DNA of 50,376 nt from Bdellovibrionales bacterium (GCA_043716655.1 JAYSYF010000076.1:1-50376), one strand, 5' to 3'. Positions 36,074 to 45,096 are shown, counted from the stretch's first letter. Numbers and translations: made by a program. The notes: generated from the sequence alone by a model not told the origin.

Positions 36074-36445
36074 ATGCGTGTGCTGATATACTTTTTTTGC
36101 ATTTCGATTTTTGCTCTAAGCGGGCTAATGCCCGCATCGGCACTCGCACATGCGGATAGCGCCTCACACGTCGCTATCATTGTCGTAGTAACTCACTCCC
36201 ATGAGCACGTCCACGAAGCACACCATCACACAGATTCGAAACACTCTGCACCAGCGGAAGGACATCATTCCGACCAACACTCGCATGAGCATTTTGTTTC
36301 TTGCGCTCATCCAATTTGGCTTGAGGCCTCGCGTTTTGAAACAGCAGCAATCGAGTTTATCAACCCGCACTCGTTTATTTTTAAACGTTCAGTGCCGGCG
36401 ACTCGAGCCCTAGGCTCAATTTTCCGCCCTCCGATCCACGCTTAG
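36074..36445 (+). CDS. small His-rich exported/membrane protein
   Basis: ATG 36074 gives signal MRVLIYFFCISIFALSGLMPASALA. The mature part has about 20 His (THSHEHVHEAHHHTDSKHS...GHHSDQHSHEH). It lies immediately upstream of the RND gene. Confidence 0.55.
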   Translation: MRVLIYFFCISIFALSGLMPASALAHADSASHVAIIVVVTHSHEHVHEAHHHTDSKHSAPAEGHHSDQHSHEHFVSCAHPIWLEASRFETAAIEFINPHSFIFKRSVPATRALGSIFRPPIHA

Positions 36446-36549
36446 TCCCCTCCTCTAATAAAATTTTTCCCACAAAATCTTTCGTTTTGTAATCATCGGC
36501 CGTTCTACGTGCGTAATCATACGACACGTCGAACGGTCAGGAGAAAACC

Positions 36550-39500
36550 ATGCTGAACGCGCTCATCCGCTTTTCGCTGAAGAAGCGACTCTTAGTCGGT
36601 CTCATTGCACTTGCACTTTGTGTTTACGGAGCATGGCTGCTGCAGAGCCTGCCCGTCGACGTGTTTCCAAATTTGAACCGACCAACAGTCACAGTCCTTA
36701 CGGAAGCGCATGGGCTTGCTCCGGAAGAAGTGGAAACGCTCGTGACCCTTCAGATCGAAACGGTCCTGAACGGAACTCCCGGAGTCTTGCGACTTCGATC
36801 GAGCAGCGGAATCGGCATTTCGATCGTCTACATCGAGTTTGACTGGGGAACCGAAATATTTCGAAATCGACAACTAGTTGCAGAGAGACTTCAGCTTTTG
36901 GAAGGAAGGCTGCCGCCACGGATGCAGCCCGTAATGGGACCGGTCACGTCGATCATGGGAGAAATCCAGTTTGTTGGTGTCACGAGCCCCGACGATAAGA
37001 TTTCACCGATGGAGCTTCGAACACTCGCCGACTGGACGCTTCGCCCACGGTTGATGACAATTCCAGGCATCAGCCAAGTTGTCGTTATGGGCGGCGAAGT
37101 GAAACAATACCAAATTCACATCTCCAACGAAAAGCTTCAGCGAAAAAACGTATCGCTCGAAGACCTCAAAGAAACGCTGGCTAAAATCAGCGAGAATACG
37201 ACCGGCGGTTTCATCGACATCGGAGAAAAGGAATTTTTAATTCGGCCCATCGGTCGGGCGTTAACTCTCGAGGATATCGAAAACTCTCTCGTGGCAATGC
37301 ACTTTGGTAAACCGGTGCTCGTCAAAGATGTCGCCGAAGTTAAGATCGCTGCAAAACCCAAACGCGGCGAAGGTAGCATCAACGGCAAGCACTCAGTCAT
37401 CATGACACTTCAAAAACAACCAAGTGCGAGCACTATTGAGCTTACACGCGCGATCGAACGCGAACTAAAGGCGATGGAAAAGTCTTTGCCAGCAGGAGCG
37501 AAACTCGAAACCGACCTGTTTAAGCAGTCGCATTTTATCGAATCCGCCATTGGCAATGTGGAAGAAGCGCTTCGTGATGGAATCATCATGGTCGCCATCA
37601 TTCTATTTTTATTTCTAATGAACTTCCGAACCACTGGGATCACGCTCGTCGCTATCCCCTTGAGCCTTCTCATCACCGCAATTATTTTCCACATTTTCGG
37701 TATTACGATCAACACGATGACGCTTGGAGGTCTTGCCATCGCCATCGGCGAGTTGGTCGACGACGCGATTGTCGATGTTGAAAACGTTTTTAGACGGCTT
37801 CGCGAGAACCGCACTGCCGGATCGCCGAAAGGAAACTTGCGAGTCATCTATGAAGCTTCGAGCGAGGTTCGAAATTCAATCGTGCTCTCGACGATCATCG
37901 TAGTTCTCGTATTCATTCCGCTTTTCGCTCTAGGCGGAATCGAAGGGCGATTGTTTGTTCCACTCGGCGTGGCGTATATCATCTCGATTCTCGCTTCACT
38001 TTTTGTTTCGCTAACGGTGACCCCCATTCTCTGTTCGTATCTGTTACCGAACTCGAAGGCCGTACACGATCAGAACGATGGCCGACTGGTTCGAGGCCTG
38101 AAGCGCTTCGCAGTGAAAATTCTAGATTGGACACTGCCACGACCGATTTTAATCCTCGGCCTCGCTGCGCTCTTGCTTGCATTGAGTCTTGCGCTCTTAC
38201 CAATGATGGGTCGAAATTTTCTGCCCGATTTTAACGAAGGCACTGCGACGATAGGAATCGCTGCGGCACCAGGCATTTCGCTAGCCGCGTCGGACAAGCT
38301 TGGAATCAAAATCGAAGAGGCTATACTCTCGGTTCCGGAAGTGAAATCCACGGTTCGTCGAACCGGACGCGCCGAAATGGACGAGCACGCAGAAGGAGTC
38401 CACTGGCACGAGGTTGATGTCGATTTCAAACCGGATGGTCGCGATCGTGAAGTCGTCCTTCAAGAGATTCGAGAAAAGATCGAAAAAGTGGGCGACGTTT
38501 CCGTCAACCTCGGTCAACCCATCAGTCATCGTCTGGATCACCTGCTTTCTGGCGTGCGAGCCCAGATCGCAATTAAAATTTTCGGGCCCGACCTCGGCGA
38601 ACTTCGCCGTCTTGGTGGCGAGACTTTCGATGCACTTCAAGGAATCGATGGCGTTGTAGATCTACAGACCGAGCCACTCGTCCTAATTCCGCAATTAAAA
38701 ATTGCGATCGATCGGGAAGGTGGAAGTAAACTCGGAATCCGAAGCGGCAGTCTCGCGGAAGATTTGGAAATTGCCCTCAACGGTGCCACGGTCGCGCAGA
38801 TTCTCGAAAATCAAAGGATGTTCGACGTCACCGTGCGGCTCGACGAAAGCTCTCGCGCGACGCCAGAACGAATTTCGGAAACTCTCGTCAAGTTCCTACC
38901 GACGGCGCAAGCAGTACGGCTGGGGGAGGTTGCGAATGTGTATGAAGGCACTGGGCCAAACATGATCAATCGAGAGGACATGCAACGGAGGATCGTGATT
39001 TCGGCAAACACACACGGTCGCGATTTGGGCAGTGTCGTGGGCGACATTAAAACAGCGCTCGACACGAAAATTAAATTGAGTGAAGGCTACTTCATTAAAC
39101 TTGGTGGGCAATTCGAAAGCCAGCAAGCCGCTTCCAAGCGAATTTTTTGGCTGGGACTGCTTGCAGTGTTGGGAATTTTCTTTGTTCTTTTCGTGCACTT
39201 CAAGTCCACCATTTTGAGTCTTCAGGTCATGATGAACATTCCGCTCGCGCTGATTGGCAGTATCGTCGCGATCTTTATTACAGAGAGAACGCTTTCCGTG
39301 GCGACTCTCGTTGCCTTCATCACCCTCTGCGGAATTTCGACTCGAAACGGAATTTTGTTGATCAGCCACTACCTGCACTTGATGAAGGAAGAAGGCGAAG
39401 AGTTTGACGCGAAGATGGTCATTCGCGGCTCGCTCGAGAGAATGGTGCCTGTGCTTATGACGGCTTCAACGGCAGCGTTAGCACTTGTTCCGCTACTTCT

Positions 39501-39684
39501 GTCCAGAGGCCAGCCTGGCAAAGAGATTCTATATCCTGTCGCAGTCGTAATCGTAGGAGGTCTCGTATCGTCGACGTTACTCGATCTCGTCGTAACGCCG
39601 ACCGTTTTCTTGAGATTTGGTAAGAAGGCCGTTTCAAAGTATTTAAAGGACAGTCCACAACACGAACAAGGAGAATGGAAATGA
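36550..39684 (+). CDS. HME-RND heavy-metal efflux pump (CzcA/CusA superfamily, not the Cu(I) Met-cluster type)
   Basis: 1044 aa, AGGAGA SD, 12-TM RND layout. TM4 motif GGLAIAIGELVDDAIVDVEN. The positions equivalent to the CusA Met triad are not Met (FNEGTATIGIA...). Confidence 0.95.
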   Translation: MLNALIRFSLKKRLLVGLIALALCVYGAWLLQSLPVDVFPNLNRPTVTVLTEAHGLAPEEVETLVTLQIETVLNGTPGVLRLRSSSGIGISIVYIEFDWGTEIFRNRQLVAERLQLLEGRLPPRMQPVMGPVTSIMGEIQFVGVTSPDDKISPMELRTLADWTLRPRLMTIPGISQVVVMGGEVKQYQIHISNEKLQRKNVSLEDLKETLAKISENTTGGFIDIGEKEFLIRPIGRALTLEDIENSLVAMHFGKPVLVKDVAEVKIAAKPKRGEGSINGKHSVIMTLQKQPSASTIELTRAIERELKAMEKSLPAGAKLETDLFKQSHFIESAIGNVEEALRDGIIMVAIILFLFLMNFRTTGITLVAIPLSLLITAIIFHIFGITINTMTLGGLAIAIGELVDDAIVDVENVFRRLRENRTAGSPKGNLRVIYEASSEVRNSIVLSTIIVVLVFIPLFALGGIEGRLFVPLGVAYIISILASLFVSLTVTPILCSYLLPNSKAVHDQNDGRLVRGLKRFAVKILDWTLPRPILILGLAALLLALSLALLPMMGRNFLPDFNEGTATIGIAAAPGISLAASDKLGIKIEEAILSVPEVKSTVRRTGRAEMDEHAEGVHWHEVDVDFKPDGRDREVVLQEIREKIEKVGDVSVNLGQPISHRLDHLLSGVRAQIAIKIFGPDLGELRRLGGETFDALQGIDGVVDLQTEPLVLIPQLKIAIDREGGSKLGIRSGSLAEDLEIALNGATVAQILENQRMFDVTVRLDESSRATPERISETLVKFLPTAQAVRLGEVANVYEGTGPNMINREDMQRRIVISANTHGRDLGSVVGDIKTALDTKIKLSEGYFIKLGGQFESQQAASKRIFWLGLLAVLGIFFVLFVHFKSTILSLQVMMNIPLALIGSIVAIFITERTLSVATLVAFITLCGISTRNGILLISHYLHLMKEEGEEFDAKMVIRGSLERMVPVLMTASTAALALVPLLLSRGQPGKEILYPVAVVIVGGLVSSTLLDLVVTPTVFLRFGKKAVSKYLKDSPQHEQGEWK

Positions 39685-40127
39685 AGAGTCTCATCATGTT
39701 TTTGATATTAGGTATTGCAAGCTTGGCTCAGGCACATGACGAAGGCCATGGACCGAAGCTTGCCGACACCGGAAAGTATGGAGGCCTCGTGTCGGCCGTC
39801 GTTTTGAAAGCCGATGCGACGAAAGGTGCGGCCGCAACGCTTGTCTACAAAGCCGAACTTGTAAGATCAGCGGATGGAACGACGCGTGTTTATCTTTACG
39901 ACACGGCAATGAAGCCGGTCGATTCGAAAGGCTTCGACGCTAAAGGTTCGGCATCGCTTGCCGCAAAGGTAAAGGGCAAGTGGAAGTCAGTCGATTTTCC
40001 CATGGTTCTTAAAGATAAATCGTTTGTCGGCACCATGCCGAAACCAGAAGCGAAACCATATAATATCGACGTCACGTTAAAGCATGACGGCAAAGAGCTA
40101 CTCACGGCGTTCGACAATCTCGACTAA
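39681..40127 (+). CDS. small exported protein between the RND and OMF genes (unknown family)
   Basis: ATG 39681 (AAGGAG 7 nt upstream, ATGA overlap with the RND stop) gives signal MKSLIMFLILGIASLAQA. The mature N-terminus is HDEGHGPK, the protein is beta-rich, and there is no coiled coil. Confidence 0.65.
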   Translation: MKSLIMFLILGIASLAQAHDEGHGPKLADTGKYGGLVSAVVLKADATKGAAATLVYKAELVRSADGTTRVYLYDTAMKPVDSKGFDAKGSASLAAKVKGKWKSVDFPMVLKDKSFVGTMPKPEAKPYNIDVTLKHDGKELLTAFDNLD

Positions 40128-40138
40128 GGAGTTTTAAA

Positions 40139-41407
40139 ATGAAGTCACAGACCGCTCTCATCATCTCGGTTTTGACCGGATTAACTCTGGCGACATCGGT
40201 CGGCGAAGCGCTTTCGATTCGATTCGAAGATCTTCCTCGCCTCGTCACTGAGAAAAATGAAAACGTCAAAGCGTCGGCATTTGCCATGAAAGCACAGTCG
40301 GAACGAACGGGTTTTTTGGCCCGTTCGTTTCTTCCTCAGCTGTCGGCCTCACTGGGGCAGGAGGAATTCAAAACCGGATCGTCACCGTCCGCTCAACAAG
40401 AGTATTGGCGAATTGAAGGTTCACTGAATTTATACCGAGGCGGTCGTGACAAACTTGAAAATCAAATTCGAAACGGACAACGCGAGTTAGCGGGACTCAA
40501 TCACTCGAGCGAAATACAAAGAGAGTTACGGGAAGCCAAGCGAGCGTATTGGCAGGTGCTGGCAATCGCCAAATTGATCGCAGAGCGAAAAGAGGCTCGC
40601 GATAAAAATGAAGCCAATCTCAAGTCTGCACGTCGGCGAGCGGGGGCCGGGATAACAACAACTGCGGACGCCGCGCAGTTCGAACTCCACAAGTTAACGC
40701 TCGAGCGTGATATTAAGAGGTTAGGTCTCGAACACCACCGCATTGTGAACCTGTTGAGCGTCGCGCTCGCTCTGGACGAACACGAGAATATCGAGGTGGT
40801 TGGAGATTTTCCAGCTATAGAAAGCGCGACGCCTGTGAAAACACTGGAAGTCGGGAAGCAGATCGAGGTTCGGAATTACCAAGAGCTTCAACGAGTCGAC
40901 GAACTAAGAGCGTCAAGATTGGCGCGCTGGTTCTTACCAAGACTCGATCTGTACACAAGTTATGGATTGCCGTCGCTAACAGACGAATACGACAGAGCGC
41001 TGCGAAAACAGCAGGAGTGGACCGCAGGAGTTCGAGTCACCATTGATCTCGGCCAAAGCATTGAAGAGCGAAGGGAGGCAGGCGCTCGATCTGCGGATGC
41101 TAGTGCTGCGCAAATGCGGGGCGCGCACAGACTTCGTGAAGTCATCGCCAATGACCACGATTTGCGACAGGACATTGCGGTAACCGCCGATTTGATCAAG
41201 GACTCTGAAAACGCCGTTGCCCAAGCGCAGAAGTTTTTAAAACTCACGGAGGCTGAGTATTCGCGAGGAGCCAAAAATGGACCGGATCTTCTCGAGGCTT
41301 TTCGGACTTACTTCGAGTTTCGCGAGCGTCGAATCGATTACCTTCGCGAATACTTCGAAACGAAGGCGCAACTTGAAAGTTTAGTGGCTGGAGCTGAACC
41401 TTCGTGA
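40139..41407 (+). CDS. outer-membrane efflux factor (TolC family)
   Basis: AAGGAG SD, signal MKSQTALIISVLTGLTLATSVGEA, two helix-rich OEP repeats (e.g. LYRGGRDKLENQIR, AQKFLKLTEAEYSRGAKNGPDLLEA). Confidence 0.85.
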   Translation: MKSQTALIISVLTGLTLATSVGEALSIRFEDLPRLVTEKNENVKASAFAMKAQSERTGFLARSFLPQLSASLGQEEFKTGSSPSAQQEYWRIEGSLNLYRGGRDKLENQIRNGQRELAGLNHSSEIQRELREAKRAYWQVLAIAKLIAERKEARDKNEANLKSARRRAGAGITTTADAAQFELHKLTLERDIKRLGLEHHRIVNLLSVALALDEHENIEVVGDFPAIESATPVKTLEVGKQIEVRNYQELQRVDELRASRLARWFLPRLDLYTSYGLPSLTDEYDRALRKQQEWTAGVRVTIDLGQSIEERREAGARSADASAAQMRGAHRLREVIANDHDLRQDIAVTADLIKDSENAVAQAQKFLKLTEAEYSRGAKNGPDLLEAFRTYFEFRERRIDYLREYFETKAQLESLVAGAEPS

Positions 41408-42714
41408 AAAAGCTTTCCTTAACTTCTCGGATGTTGCTCGGCCGATTGCTCACGCGGTCGGGCGATCAGGCGTGGGACTTTGCGGTTCCGATCGTGCTCT
41501 TGCATTTGATGCCTGGCGAACTTCGCGTGGCCGCCCTCTATTTTTTGCTTATTAGAATTGCGACAGTCATCTTTCTCCCGCGTCTCTCAATGTTGATCGA
41601 TCGCTTCGACCGCATGAAGTCAGTGTCGTTAGGTATCGTTCTTCAACTTGCTGGCGTCGTTGGAGGCTTCGTTAGCGTCGGTTTTCTCCCGACCGGAAAC
41701 GTCGACTATTTACAGTCCATGAACTTCATCATCATGTTCACACTTCTGGTCCTCAGCGGAATCGTAAGTCAGCTTGGTTCAAGCTTTATGGACATTGCGA
41801 TTGCGAATGATCTTGTACCGTCGACTTTCCAAGGAACGGCACTCACAAAATTCAATAGCCGCCTCCGACAAGTGGACCTAGCAACCGAAGTGGGTTCACC
41901 GATCGTCACGGGACTTTTGCTACTCGTATCGACCACTGCCTATCCCCTACTTGGCTTCGCACTTGTTGCTCTTTGGAACGTGCTTTCGTTTTTCCCAGAG
42001 TATTTGATATTAAAATCGGTATTCACAGAAAGAACCGACCTCAAGGAAAAACCAATTCTCTTAGATCCGTCGAAAACAAAACCGATCTTAGTAAAGATGC
42101 GCGACGGATGGCGTTCGTTTTTTCGTCAGCCTATCGCTCCGGTTATGCTTGCGTACGCGGTTCTCTGGCTTTCAGTTTTAAGCCCGCACGGCGTGCTTCT
42201 TACGGCGTTTTTGAAAGACGGCTGGCGTTTGCCGGAATGGTCGATCGGTGTATTTCGCGGACTCGGCGCTGTTTTCGGGCTGATGGCAACGCTGCTCGTA
42301 CCGATTTTAGCAAAACGCATGTCGATTGAAAAATCGAGTCTTGTATTCCTCGCCATTCAATCGGTCAGCCTGATGATAGCACTTGGGTTCTTCTTCGTCG
42401 GCGACACCGTTGGGCAAATCGGTTTTCTGGTGGCTGTCTTGTTCTCGCGGATAGGGCTCTACGGATTTAGTCTTGGAGAGATGCAGATTCGACAAACAGC
42501 GATTCCCACGAATGCGCGCGGAGAAATCAACGGTTTCGCGTCCTCTCTAACTGCACTCGCAACGATCGGGCTATATTCTGCGGGCGTCGGAATACCGTCG
42601 ACTAGCGATTTCAAGTATCTGATTGTTTTGTCAGTGGGTTTTGTCTTGAGTGCACTCGCCGTGTACACCGTGTGGTATCTTAAAAAAACCGATGAACGCG
42701 CTATTTTAAAGTAA
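41404..42714 (+). CDS. ferroportin-like (SLC40/FPN family) MFS divalent-metal exporter
   Basis: GTGA overlap with the OMF stop. About 12 TM helices. The N-terminal RSGDQAWDFAVPIVL matches the ferroportin GDxxWxFAv signature. Size is similar to the characterised Bdellovibrio ferroportin homologue (from memory). Confidence 0.75.
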   Translation: MKKLSLTSRMLLGRLLTRSGDQAWDFAVPIVLLHLMPGELRVAALYFLLIRIATVIFLPRLSMLIDRFDRMKSVSLGIVLQLAGVVGGFVSVGFLPTGNVDYLQSMNFIIMFTLLVLSGIVSQLGSSFMDIAIANDLVPSTFQGTALTKFNSRLRQVDLATEVGSPIVTGLLLLVSTTAYPLLGFALVALWNVLSFFPEYLILKSVFTERTDLKEKPILLDPSKTKPILVKMRDGWRSFFRQPIAPVMLAYAVLWLSVLSPHGVLLTAFLKDGWRLPEWSIGVFRGLGAVFGLMATLLVPILAKRMSIEKSSLVFLAIQSVSLMIALGFFFVGDTVGQIGFLVAVLFSRIGLYGFSLGEMQIRQTAIPTNARGEINGFASSLTALATIGLYSAGVGIPSTSDFKYLIVLSVGFVLSALAVYTVWYLKKTDERAILK

Positions 42715-43309
42715 ATAGACCGTATAAGAAATCCTGCTCGGTCGCCCAGGGCGTTTCGTGAGTTTTCCGCTCGAGTCGAGCGACCTCGAATCCCGCGCCA
42801 ACTTCTTTCACCAAACTACTTTCGTCATATCGCATCACTTCAAGCCCACTGCATTTGTTAGGTCCCGATTCGGAAAATGTGGCCAAAATAAGTTTTCCGT
42901 TCGGAAGCAGTGAGGAGCGCATCGATTCGAAGTATTGCTTTCTTGAATTCGCGTCGGTTAGAAAATGAAAGACGGCTCGGTCGTGCCAAAGCGCAAACGG
43001 TCGCGGTGCAGTGAACGCCGTGACGTCTCCTTCAATCCACTCAACTAGAGACTTGCGTGCACCTAATCGCATTTTTGACTGTTGCAACGCGGCCGTGGAA
43101 ATATCCATCACCGCCGGAAGTTTGTAGCCTGCGTCCAAAAGATGATCGACGAGTATTGAGGTTCCCCCGCCAACATCGACGACGGCACCATTTCGATCGG
43201 GAACACATTCCAGGATCCAGTCGATCGATGGTGATGGAGTCGATTGGGTCCAACTCGTTTGCGCCGATGACTTCTTTGCGTAAACCTTATCCCAATACGC
43301 TTTATTCAT
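42701..43309 (-). CDS. class I SAM-dependent methyltransferase
   Basis: ATG 43309 (GGAG upstream) gives MNKAYWDKVY. Motif I is VVDVGGGTSILVDHLLDAGY. The 3' end overlaps the ferroportin-like gene convergently by 14 nt. Confidence 0.85.
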   Translation of the reverse strand: MNKAYWDKVYAKKSSAQTSWTQSTPSPSIDWILECVPDRNGAVVDVGGGTSILVDHLLDAGYKLPAVMDISTAALQQSKMRLGARKSLVEWIEGDVTAFTAPRPFALWHDRAVFHFLTDANSRKQYFESMRSSLLPNGKLILATFSESGPNKCSGLEVMRYDESSLVKEVGAGFEVARLERKTHETPWATEQDFLYGLFTLK

Positions 43310-43358
43310 AAAGATCGCTCCACCAATCCGTGAATCAACATGGCAAATTCGTTGCAAG

Positions 43359-43431
43359 CATTGCGATGAGCTTAAGTTCGGTCTCGGTTGTGGTAAACGC
43401 GCTGAGGCTTGGACGAGCTCGAGTGGACTGA
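43359..43431 (+). pseudogene. orphan 3'-terminal fragment of a copA-like P1B ATPase gene
   Basis: My hand alignment to 20041..20113 gives 62/73 identical nt, same strand, including the stop. It encodes [24 protein letters not shown] versus cop[25 protein letters not shown]. No ATPase sequence lies upstream of it. Confidence 0.8.
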
Positions 43432-45096
43432 ACTTGCTTCGTGGCTTCCTATCGGAGGGGCGCTTCCCTGTATTGGATGCAGGCGTTCAAGCAGCGCCAA
43501 TAGCTCTTTCCGATCGATCGGTTTCGTCAGGAAATGAGTGAAGCCAGACTCAACGGCACGTAACCGTTCTTCCTTCATGGCGTGGGCCGTCAGTGCCACG
43601 ATCGGACCATTGTACCCTTTAGTACGAAGTGCGCGAACTGCTTGGTGACCGTCCATTTCTGGCATCTGAATATCCATTAAGATAACATCATAAGGCCGAA
43701 GCAACGCCTGTCGAACGCCTTCGACCCCGTCATTTGCGAAATAAGTTTTCGCGTCGGTTTTTCGCAACATCATCTCGATCAGCACTTGGTTGTCCGCCGA
43801 GTCGTCGACCACTAGAATTTCGCAGCCATCTAAATGGACACTATACGAATGGGAAGCAGGTCTAATTGCCGACGGTGTATTAAAGTATTCTCGCGAAAGT
43901 GTTCCCGTCTTTTCAGATGGCGTGATCGTTATGCTCGCCTCGAACGTGCTCCCTTTACCGATTTCGCTTTCGACGAGGAAAAAATCGCCGCCCAACGCTT
44001 CGGATAATTTTTTGGTTAATACGAGACCGAGCCCGCTTCCCCCGAATTTTCTCGTGATCGACGAATCCGCCTGGGCAAATGCTTGAAAGAGACGAGCGCG
44101 TTGGTCCGACGATATACCGTGGCCAGTATCGGTGATTCGAAAATTTAGTCTGGAGTTTTCGAGACCAACCGTGAGTTCAACATGACCGTGCTCGGTAAAT
44201 TTGACTGCGTTGCCGACGATGTTCAAAAGAATCTGACGAATTCTTGTTGGATCCGAAATTACAAATTCCGGAAGATCAGTTTCGATTTTAAGCATGAAGT
44301 CGATCCCACGGTCTTTGGCCCTGAGTTCCATGAAAGATGAAAATTCCTTGAGAAATTCACCAAGCGAAAACTCGATATGTTCGACGACTAGTTTGCCAGA
44401 TTCCACCTTCGCGAGATCCAAAATGTCGTCGATGATATTCATAAGATGTTGTGAATTGCGGTCGATGATTCCCAGGTATTTAGAGCGCTCTGCGTTCGGA
44501 AGTTCGGGCTCTTGAAGAAGTCCAACGAATCCCATGATTGCACCCAGCGGAGTTCGAATTTCATGCGACATGTTGGTTAGAAAAGCCGATTTTGCATGGT
44601 TCGCTTGTTCAGCTTCCGTTTTCGCTTCAGCCAATTCTCGCGTATCAGCCTCTTTACGCTTGAGCTCGAGTTCGGTAAATTTCACCGCGCCCTTTCGAAT
44701 CCCGCGATCTATGAATTCGTGTATGATCCGCCGCGCTTCTGCGTCTACTGCCCCTTTCGCATCCAGCCTTTTAATGACGACTGAGCGAAGGATGTGAAAC
44801 TCGTAAATAACTTCGTCTAAGGTGTATTCGGGTTGGTTCGCGCGGTCCTCACCGTGCTCTCTAGCTACTTCAGCATTTTTGTCGGCCTGCACTTTGGGAT
44901 CTTCACAGCACAAAGTATCTGCGAGGTGATCTAGAAATTCTGGCAGTGAATCACGGAGTGCCCGCCGAGTTTGAGCGTCAGCGGCTGGTACCTCCGCTCG
45001 TGAAAGGTCTTCCCATTCTTTCAAAACTTCGGCTTTGACCAATTTGACGAGTTTCGACACTTCATGGCGATTCAATGAATTGGTTGTAACGGTCAT
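43372..45096 (-). CDS. hybrid sensor histidine kinase/response regulator (soluble, RsbRD-N-like sensor domain)
   Basis: H-box FLTNMSHEIRTPL. N/G boxes (ILLNIVGNAVKFT, DTGHGIS, GGSGLGLVL). C-terminal REC (ILVVDDSADNQ...VILMDIQMPEMDG...LTKP). I prefer ATG 45096 over TTG 45129. Confidence 0.9.
   Translation of the reverse strand: MTVTTNSLNRHEVSKLVKLVKAEVLKEWEDLSRAEVPAADAQTRRALRDSLPEFLDHLADTLCCEDPKVQADKNAEVAREHGEDRANQPEYTLDEVIYEFHILRSVVIKRLDAKGAVDAEARRIIHEFIDRGIRKGAVKFTELELKRKEADTRELAEAKTEAEQANHAKSAFLTNMSHEIRTPLGAIMGFVGLLQEPELPNAERSKYLGIIDRNSQHLMNIIDDILDLAKVESGKLVVEHIEFSLGEFLKEFSSFMELRAKDRGIDFMLKIETDLPEFVISDPTRIRQILLNIVGNAVKFTEHGHVELTVGLENSRLNFRITDTGHGISSDQRARLFQAFAQADSSITRKFGGSGLGLVLTKKLSEALGGDFFLVESEIGKGSTFEASITITPSEKTGTLSREYFNTPSAIRPASHSYSVHLDGCEILVVDDSADNQVLIEMMLRKTDAKTYFANDGVEGVRQALLRPYDVILMDIQMPEMDGHQAVRALRTKGYNGPIVALTAHAMKEERLRAVESGFTHFLTKPIDRKELLALLERLHPIQGSAPPIGSHEASSVHSSSSKPQRVYHNRDRT

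Noticed and set aside
17675-39684. Many 60-190-aa ORFs antisense to, or out of frame within, the large ATPase and RND genes (for example 18892..19455, 23817..24335, 25991..26509, 28290..28694, 37410..37847, 38896..39378).
   Set aside because: They lie entirely inside genes with unambiguous family motifs. Their Ser/Arg/Pro-rich composition is typical of antisense frames in ~50% GC DNA, and they have no starts with SD sequences.
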